Of a stretch of 64,000 bases of DNA, positions 58,627-64,000 are shown piece after piece; positions within the stretch are counted from its first letter, which is position 1, and the number at the start of each line of letters is the position of its first letter. The notes beneath the pieces were generated by a model. It was given only the letters and a program-made list of their open reading frames with translations. It was not told the origin of the DNA and did not search any database. The stretch is taken from positions 960,001-1,024,000 of the forward strand of contig CBDIID010000003.1 in NCBI GenBank assembly GCA_965279515.1, read 5' to 3'. Source of the DNA: Turneriella sp. (GTDB lineage: Bacteria > Spirochaetota > Leptospiria > Turneriellales > Turneriellaceae). Position numbers and translations under genes: made by a program.

Positions 58627-58662
58627 TAAGTGCATATGCACTTAAATTATGTGCATATGCAC
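58627..58662. promoter_or_regulatory. Tandem palindromic operator, probable MarR sites
   Basis: Perfect 18-bp palindrome TAAGTGCATATGCACTTA (58627-58644) and second core GTGCATATGCAC (58651-58662), 21 bp apart, directly upstream of the thioesterase-marR operon. Confidence 0.75.
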
Positions 58663-58860
58663 TATTTGGCAACTTTTTTTAGCGAACTTGTCAGGCCTCC
58701 GGCTCGGGATCATTTGCGATTGACCCCCGGCCAAGACTCCCCGGCCCTGTGCGACCGATTCCAGAGGCCAACAATGGTAACAACATCTATACCGGTAAGC
58801 CTATCCCTCTAGCCAACGCTGTAAGCTGGTAACCGGAAAACAACGTCTTAGGAGAAAGTT

Positions 58861-59235
58861 ATGAAGAAGAATGTATTGATGCTGGGCGCCCTCGCGCTTA
58901 CGGCTGTGATGACTCTCAATTGCAAAAAGGGCGCAGGTGAACTGACGGCAGCCGCCGGCGAATACCTGACTATACTGGAAAATGCAGCAACGACCATGGA
59001 AAAGGCAGCCGACGGAAAAGAAGCGGCAGCGGCGATGCTCGCGGCGCATGCTGCAACGACACCTATGGAAAAGAAATTTCCACAACTCAAGGACATCGAC
59101 AAGGCGCCCGAACTGGCTTCTGTCATGCCGCGCTACACTGCGGTGAAAACGCGCATGGAAACTGTCATGACAAAATTTCTGACTAGCCCTGAATTCGTCG
59201 AAGCGATGCAGAAAATCTCAACTGTAGAGAAATAA
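58861..59235 (+). CDS. Small helical lipoprotein
   Basis: AGGAG RBS; MKKNVLMLGALALTAVMTLNC lipobox. Confidence 0.75.
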   Translation: MKKNVLMLGALALTAVMTLNCKKGAGELTAAAGEYLTILENAATTMEKAADGKEAAAAMLAAHAATTPMEKKFPQLKDIDKAPELASVMPRYTAVKTRMETVMTKFLTSPEFVEAMQKISTVEK

Positions 59236-59241
59236 GCTGCA

Positions 59242-59823
59242 TTAAAAAACCGGCGGGATAAACGGCAGCATATTCAGGCTGTCGCGCGTCAGGTGAATCT
59301 TTTCACCCGATGCCTCCCCTGGTTCTTTTTTTCCCGCCGCCGCATTCTGACTTTTGCGGTACTCGGCAATCTGCCGTACCACATCGGCAGCCATCACATC
59401 GATATCCTTAAAGATCGCACCGGAAACCAAAGCCTTCCTGTTTAGATTGCCGATTGCGGCGCCTTTATCAGCCCTGAAAACTGTCACCGAAATATCGGCG
59501 GTATCGCCTTTTTTTCCGGGTGTTGTCTTAAAGAAGCCGTAGATGATGAGGTCGGCGTCGATTGCCAGCGCATGCGCACGCAGGTCAGCGATCTCCATGA
59601 CGCCGTCTTTCTTTTCGAGGCTGACGGCGAGATCCGCTGATTTTTCCGCCGGGATAGGCTCATAGACAAACTGTTTATCCATCGAACTCTGTGCCGCGTC
59701 GGTCAGGCTGGCGCTGACACCCAGGTAGCCGTCCATAATGGCGTAGAGATTCGCGCCGCAGAAAACTAACATAAGAGACAGGGGAATTCGGAGAAAACGA
59801 GGTTTCAGAAAATCGGCAAACAT
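59242..59823 (-). CDS. Hypothetical exported protein, TolB-N/CsgG-like pattern
   Basis: Hydrophobic N-terminus; A.AIDADLIIYG.F....ISVTVF. Confidence 0.55.
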   Translation of the reverse strand: MFADFLKPRFLRIPLSLMLVFCGANLYAIMDGYLGVSASLTDAAQSSMDKQFVYEPIPAEKSADLAVSLEKKDGVMEIADLRAHALAIDADLIIYGFFKTTPGKKGDTADISVTVFRADKGAAIGNLNRKALVSGAIFKDIDVMAADVVRQIAEYRKSQNAAAGKKEPGEASGEKIHLTRDSLNMLPFIPPVF

Positions 59824-59871
59824 ACGGTAGACAGGCCCACCGCTGCCCGCCCCGATCAGGGGAAAAGAACT

Positions 59872-60432
59872 TTAGCGGCGGCGCTTGGGTTTCACCGTCG
59901 CCATTTTGGTCGGCTGCAGCTTGATGATCTCCGCGCCAGATTCGCCAAAATCAGCTTTGAACTCTTTTTCACGGTAACGGTTGATAAAATCCAGATTCTG
60001 CACAAAGCGGTGCACCGGCCGAAATACGGTGAGCACCAATGCCACAACAACGGCGAGTGATACGCCTGTGTAGATATAACCAAAACCCACAGTGACGCCG
60101 ATCGCGGCTGTGGTGAAGATCGTCGCCGCAGTGGTAATCCCATGGACTTCGCCGCCCGCATGCATGATAACGCCCGCGCCCAAAAAACCAATGCCCGTCA
60201 CAATCTGTGCGGCGATACGGCCCGGGTCACCGCCGAAGCGGCCGGCGACGGCAACAGAAAGTACCGCAAAGAGCGCCGTGCCCAAGGTGATGAGGATCGT
60301 GGTTCTGAGCCCGGCCGCCCGGCGGAAAATCTCGCCTTCGATACCGATGATCGAACCGGCGATGAGCGCGGCGACGAGCCGCGGCCCGTACTCACTCATG
60401 GTCTGCAGGAACGCGGTCAGATCTTCATTCAT
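59872..60432 (-). CDS. MgtC/SapB-family membrane protein
   Basis: AGLRT, DPGRIAAQIVTGIGFLGAGVI, GITTAATI. Confidence 0.92.
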   Translation of the reverse strand: MNEDLTAFLQTMSEYGPRLVAALIAGSIIGIEGEIFRRAAGLRTTILITLGTALFAVLSVAVAGRFGGDPGRIAAQIVTGIGFLGAGVIMHAGGEVHGITTAATIFTTAAIGVTVGFGYIYTGVSLAVVVALVLTVFRPVHRFVQNLDFINRYREKEFKADFGESGAEIIKLQPTKMATVKPKRRR

Positions 60433-61644
60433 CTACCAGAGAGCTTCGACAAATTCACGCACGCGGTTGAGGCCCTTTTCGATCTGCGCCTCGCTTGTCG
60501 CATAGCTGATACGGAAACCGTCTTCGTAGCCGAATGCCGAACCCGGCACGACAGCGACCAGTTTCTCATCGAGTAAGCCCTTCGAAAAAATCTTGCCCGT
60601 GTCCTTTTCGCCGGTGCGTGCCGCCAGCGCCGCCCAACCGGGAGCGGCCTTGAGACCGGAAATATCGGGGAAAAGATAAAATGCGCCGGCAGGTTTAAAA
60701 ACTTTGACGCCTTTAAGCCCCGAGAGCATCGAAAAGCCCAGGTCGCGGCGTTTCTCAAACACCACACGCATGTCTTCGACACACTGCTGTTCGGCGTTCA
60801 AAGCCGCGACGGCGCCGCGCTGCGAAAAGCTTGTCGCATTCGAGGTGGATTGTCCCTGCAGCATGTCCATGGCCGCGATAATTTCTTTGGGACCGCCCGC
60901 ATAACCCAGGCGCCAGCCCGTCATCGAATAAGCCTTCGAGAGACCGTTCACGACAATCGTGCGCGGCCGCAGTTTTTCAGACGCCGTTGCGATATTGAGG
61001 AACTCCACACCGTAGGTGAGTTTTTCATAGATGTCGTCGGTCACAACCAACAGGTCGGGAAACTTTTCGAGCGCCGCCGCCAGCGCGCGGATCTCTGCCG
61101 GCGTGTATGCGGCGCCGGTCGGGTTGGAAGGCGAGTTCAGGATAAAGACCTTGGTCTTATTCGAAACATGTTTCTCGATATCTGCAGGTGTGATTTTGAA
61201 GCCGGCCTCAAACGAAGTCTGTATCAGCTTCATCGTGCCGCTGGCGAGCAGCACGATATCCTTATAGCTTACCCAATACGGCGCGGGGCAGACCACTTCG
61301 TCGCCGTCGTTGATGACCGACAGGAAAAAATTGTACAGCACCTGCTTGCCGCCGGTAGAAATGATAATCTGGTTCGGCTGGAAATCCAACTGGTTATCTC
61401 TTTTGAATTTTTCAATGATGGCTTTTTTAAGTTCGGGAATGCCCGAAACCGCCGTGTACTTCGTAAAGCCCTGGTTCAGCGCTTCAATCGCCGCGGCCTT
61501 GATGTGTGCAGGCGTATCGAAGTCGGGTTCACCGGCACCGAAACCGACGATATCTTTGCCTTGTGCCTTGAGTTCGGCGGCGCGCGCAGAGATCGCGAGT
61601 GTGGGGGATGGTTCAATTAAATCGAGACGGCGGGCGAGTTGCAT
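60433..61644 (-). CDS. Aspartate aminotransferase (class I/II PLP enzyme)
   Basis: GAGEPDFDTP, NSPSNPTG, DDIYE, NGLSKAYSMTGWRLGY, VPGSAFG, RISYA. Confidence 0.93.
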   Translation of the reverse strand: MQLARRLDLIEPSPTLAISARAAELKAQGKDIVGFGAGEPDFDTPAHIKAAAIEALNQGFTKYTAVSGIPELKKAIIEKFKRDNQLDFQPNQIIISTGGKQVLYNFFLSVINDGDEVVCPAPYWVSYKDIVLLASGTMKLIQTSFEAGFKITPADIEKHVSNKTKVFILNSPSNPTGAAYTPAEIRALAAALEKFPDLLVVTDDIYEKLTYGVEFLNIATASEKLRPRTIVVNGLSKAYSMTGWRLGYAGGPKEIIAAMDMLQGQSTSNATSFSQRGAVAALNAEQQCVEDMRVVFEKRRDLGFSMLSGLKGVKVFKPAGAFYLFPDISGLKAAPGWAALAARTGEKDTGKIFSKGLLDEKLVAVVPGSAFGYEDGFRISYATSEAQIEKGLNRVREFVEALW

Positions 61645-61818
61645 GACTCCGCAATTAGAGGGCGAAACAGGCCGTCGAGCAGTTGCGTTATGGCTTTTCC
61701 GGGTCCAATTTCCCGGTTTCTGGCCTGATCAGGCAAAACCTCGGCAAAATCCTGCAGCCCTCACTCGTAGCTCAATTAAGGCTTTACAGAATGACAAAAA
61801 ACAGCCGGCTTGCAAACC

Positions 61819-62292
61819 ATGAAAAAAATGATACAACTTATCTCTTTATGCACTATCCTCTTTATGGCAGCTTGTTCGAACAGCTCTTCTGGCAGTTCGA
61901 GCAGTTCATCTTCTAGCAGTTGCACACAACACCGCGCCTTCTCACATACCCTCAGCTCCATGGGTACGTCACCTAACAATTTTGCAGTGTCTGGAACTGC
62001 AACCATGACCGTCACAAAAAACACCTGCCCCAAGTTCGCGAACGGTGTCGCCTCGGGCTCGACGACGCTGACGCGGGCGGGAACAACCCTGGCTGTTACT
62101 ATCGGATCTGACACGCTAACATTGCAGGTGCAGTCAGGCGGAAACAATCTGACGACTACATCCATTAACAATGACAATAGTTTTTGTAAGAACGCCTTAA
62201 CAAATATCACGGGCGCCTTAGCCTACCCCAACTCTTTCGCCTGGGAATATGACCTGACCGTCACGCAAATCTCTGGCTGCAGCGCTTTTTAA
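61819..62292 (+). CDS. Ser/Thr-rich lipoprotein
   Basis: MKKMIQLISLCTILFMAAC lipobox, poly-Ser linker, four further Cys. Confidence 0.7.
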   Translation: MKKMIQLISLCTILFMAACSNSSSGSSSSSSSSSCTQHRAFSHTLSSMGTSPNNFAVSGTATMTVTKNTCPKFANGVASGSTTLTRAGTTLAVTIGSDTLTLQVQSGGNNLTTTSINNDNSFCKNALTNITGALAYPNSFAWEYDLTVTQISGCSAF

Positions 62293-62307
62293 ACGTTGTC
62301 GTCGAAG

Positions 62308-62330
62308 CCAACCCGCTTAAACCGGGTTGG
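62308..62330. terminator. Hairpin downstream of lipoprotein gene
   Basis: CCAACCCG-7nt-CGGGTTGG; no clear U-tract. Confidence 0.35.
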
Positions 62331-62339
62331 TGAAAGATT

Positions 62340-62528
62340 TCATCGGGTGCCGGGCAGTTTCAAGCTCAGGGCTGAAAGAAGAGTTTGCTCGACCGGTGTG
62401 GGCTCAGTAAGCGCATTCATCAGGCCATAGAAACCGACAGGTGAGGCATGCGCCATATCGCGCTCAATCTTGTCATCGAGCCAGCGGCCTATTAACTCAG
62501 GAATATGGGATGTCAGTGCTTTATCCAT
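62340..62528 (-). CDS. Possible small hypothetical protein (62 aa)
   Basis: ATG at 62528 preceded by purine-rich AAGAGAAAG; fills an otherwise empty gap. Confidence 0.3.
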   Translation of the reverse strand: MDKALTSHIPELIGRWLDDKIERDMAHASPVGFYGLMNALTEPTPVEQTLLSALSLKLPGTR

Positions 62529-62628
62529 CGCTTTCTCTTTATCTGAATTAGACGAAGTCGCCCGAAGAGCCACGACGGGTTTATCCCTAATATTCTTGCA
62601 ACATTATGTCTCATTGCGGCAATGCCGC

Positions 62629-62994
62629 ATGGAAATTAAAACCGTCTCGCTGTACGCGATGGCGGCCTTCTTTGCCGCAGCCGGCATAGGCCATTTTATT
62701 TTTACAAAATTTTTTCTGCGCATCATGCCGCCGTACCTGCCGTGGCATAAGCCGATCGTCTATTTAAGCGGTCTGGCTGAAATGGGTCTTGCAGGCCTGC
62801 TGTTAATACCGCAATACAGCGTCTGGTCCGCCTGGGGAATTATCGCGCTGCTCGTCGCCGTGTTCCCGGCAAACCTCTACCACCTGACTTCGGGCGGGGC
62901 GGGCATGCGCATTCCGCAATGGGCGCTGATCATGCGCCTGCCGCTGCAGTTTGTGCTCATCGGCTGGGCGTTCTGGCACACACGCATACCATGA
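62629..62994 (+). CDS. DoxX-like membrane protein
   Basis: AGIGHF...IMPPYLP...YLSGLAE, AVFPANLY, RLPLQ; start at ATG 62629. Confidence 0.82.
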   Translation: MEIKTVSLYAMAAFFAAAGIGHFIFTKFFLRIMPPYLPWHKPIVYLSGLAEMGLAGLLLIPQYSVWSAWGIIALLVAVFPANLYHLTSGGAGMRIPQWALIMRLPLQFVLIGWAFWHTRIP

Positions 62995-63419
62995 AAGTCG
63001 CGATCGCAGCAGACCATGGCGGCTTTGAGCTCAAAGAAGCCCTGAAAAAAAAATTAACCGCATACGAAATCACAGATCTCGGCACCAACAGCAATGACTC
63101 GGTGGATTACCCCGACTTCGGTGCGGCCCTCGCGCGCCGTGTCGCCTCGGGCGAATTTGAACGCGGTATCTTGATCTGCGGCAGCGGCATCGGCATATCC
63201 ATCGCGGCGAACAAGATCAAAGGCATACGCGCGGCGCTCTGCCACAACGCCTACACGGCAGAGATGGCGCGCAAGCACAACGACGCCAACATCATTGCAA
63301 TGGGCGGCCGTGTTGTGGATGAAAAGACGGCCACCGAAATGACTGAAATCTTTCTGAAGACAGACTTCGAGGGTGGCAGACATGCGCGGCGGGTGGAGAA
63401 AATAAGCGCACTTGAATAA
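62991..63419 (+). CDS. rpiB: Ribose-5-phosphate isomerase B
   Basis: IAADHGG, SVDYPD, ICGSGIG..IAANK, HNDAN, FEGGRH.RR. Confidence 0.95.
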   Translation: MKVAIAADHGGFELKEALKKKLTAYEITDLGTNSNDSVDYPDFGAALARRVASGEFERGILICGSGIGISIAANKIKGIRAALCHNAYTAEMARKHNDANIIAMGGRVVDEKTATEMTEIFLKTDFEGGRHARRVEKISALE

Positions 63420-63421
63420 TC

Positions 63422-63497
63422 AAACGCAGAGTACGCGAAGTTGCGCAAAGGGTTTGCGCCCCCCTTTTCTTGGCGGAACTCTGCGTACTTTGCGGTT
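63422..63497. repeat. Imperfect 29-bp inverted repeat built from CGCAAAG-like subunits
   Basis: AAACGCAGAGTACGCGAAGTTGCGCAAAG (63422-63450) vs reverse complement of 63469-63497, 23/29 identical. Confidence 0.65.
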
Positions 63498-63504
63498 AAT
63501 CGTT

Positions 63505-64000
63505 TTGTCCCCAGCAAAATCGCTGACTGTTATCCTATTGTCTTCCATCCTCTTTCTGCTGCCTTTCGTCCAGGCGCAGGAAGGCACGCGGCCTGCGGCA
63601 ACACAGAGAAAAGTTTTTACCGCGGGCGATAAATTTCTCACACACTACAGCGAGAACATTGAAGAAATCAATACCGGCAAGGCAAAGGCTCTCCGCCTGG
63701 TCAGGCAACCGAATACCAAGCCTGTACGCGACGACCTGCTTGTTGATTTCGAAAGCGACGTGCTTTTTTCAAACCCCGCGCACCAGGGCCTGATCACCAA
63801 GGCCAGCGTCGATCGTGTGACACATAACGGCATGAACGGCCTCGCGGGTCACTTCACGCTGCGCGAACACAAGCTCGCACTCAAACTACCACCCTACCTG
63901 CACCTTGCAGGCAACGGGCAGACGCGCGAAACCGGTGATTTTTCCTTTGCCTGTGAGTTTGAGCCCGCAGCCGCTGATGGCGAACTGTTGCGGCGTGAAA
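63505..64000 (+). CDS. Exported protein, possibly LamG-like; truncated by window end
   Basis: Open frame absent from the ORF track: (M)SPAKSLTVILLSSILFLLPFVQAQEG...DLLVDFE...GDFSFACEF; start codon uncertain. Confidence 0.6.
   Translation, partial: MSPAKSLTVILLSSILFLLPFVQAQEGTRPAATQRKVFTAGDKFLTHYSENIEEINTGKAKALRLVRQPNTKPVRDDLLVDFESDVLFSNPAHQGLITKASVDRVTHNGMNGLAGHFTLREHKLALKLPPYLHLAGNGQTRETGDFSFACEFEPAAADGELLRRE

Noticed and set aside
61776..62210. 144-aa minus-strand ORF
   Set aside because: Shadow of the plus-strand lipoprotein, which has a clear lipobox
1..64000. rRNA, tRNA, prophage, integrase or transposase genes
   Set aside because: None recognised; intergenic gaps are short and lack tRNA-like cloverleaf motifs by eye (tRNAscan-SE/Infernal would be decisive)

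Overview
Gene-dense window of a moderately GC-rich bacterium. Gene content and order point to a Leptospiraceae spirochaete, Turneriella-like (inference from the hemC-hemD fusion, the two-component pair inside the hem operon, and mqnC). Most of it is housekeeping: a partial type II secretion cluster (gspC-like, gspD/E/F) interrupted by a signal peptidase and a class B PBP; a haem operon (hemA, hemCD, hemL, kinase/HemR-like regulator, hemE) with a TGACA-N6-TGACA box upstream of hemA; rlmD, purH, dapF, slyD, ychF, mqnC, sppA, a PPK2, gap, a fatty acyl-CoA ligase, rppH, an aminotransferase and rpiB. No rRNA, tRNA, CRISPR array, integrase or transposase was recognised. The most interesting parts are two envelope loci of unknown function. 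(1) 27054-34634: a seven-gene, translationally coupled operon of predicted outer-membrane barrels, lipoproteins and two paralogous GWGQ-motif proteins, led by a PorV/FadL-like barrel fused to a CsgG/TolB-N-like domain, and divergent from a POTRA-less Omp85-like barrel. (2) 35831-43485: an orphan FecR-domain protein, a 1396-aa lipoprotein with two 7-repeat Asp-box propellers, an SLH-like protein and a porin-like barrel. Other points: an atypical sigma-70-like gene with a coupled partner, an apparently inactive HNH-HTH protein upstream of gap, a barrel-fused SppA, three kinds of structured intergenic repeat, and a tandem palindromic operator before a thioesterase-marR operon. All family assignments come from reading motifs by eye, not from database searches.
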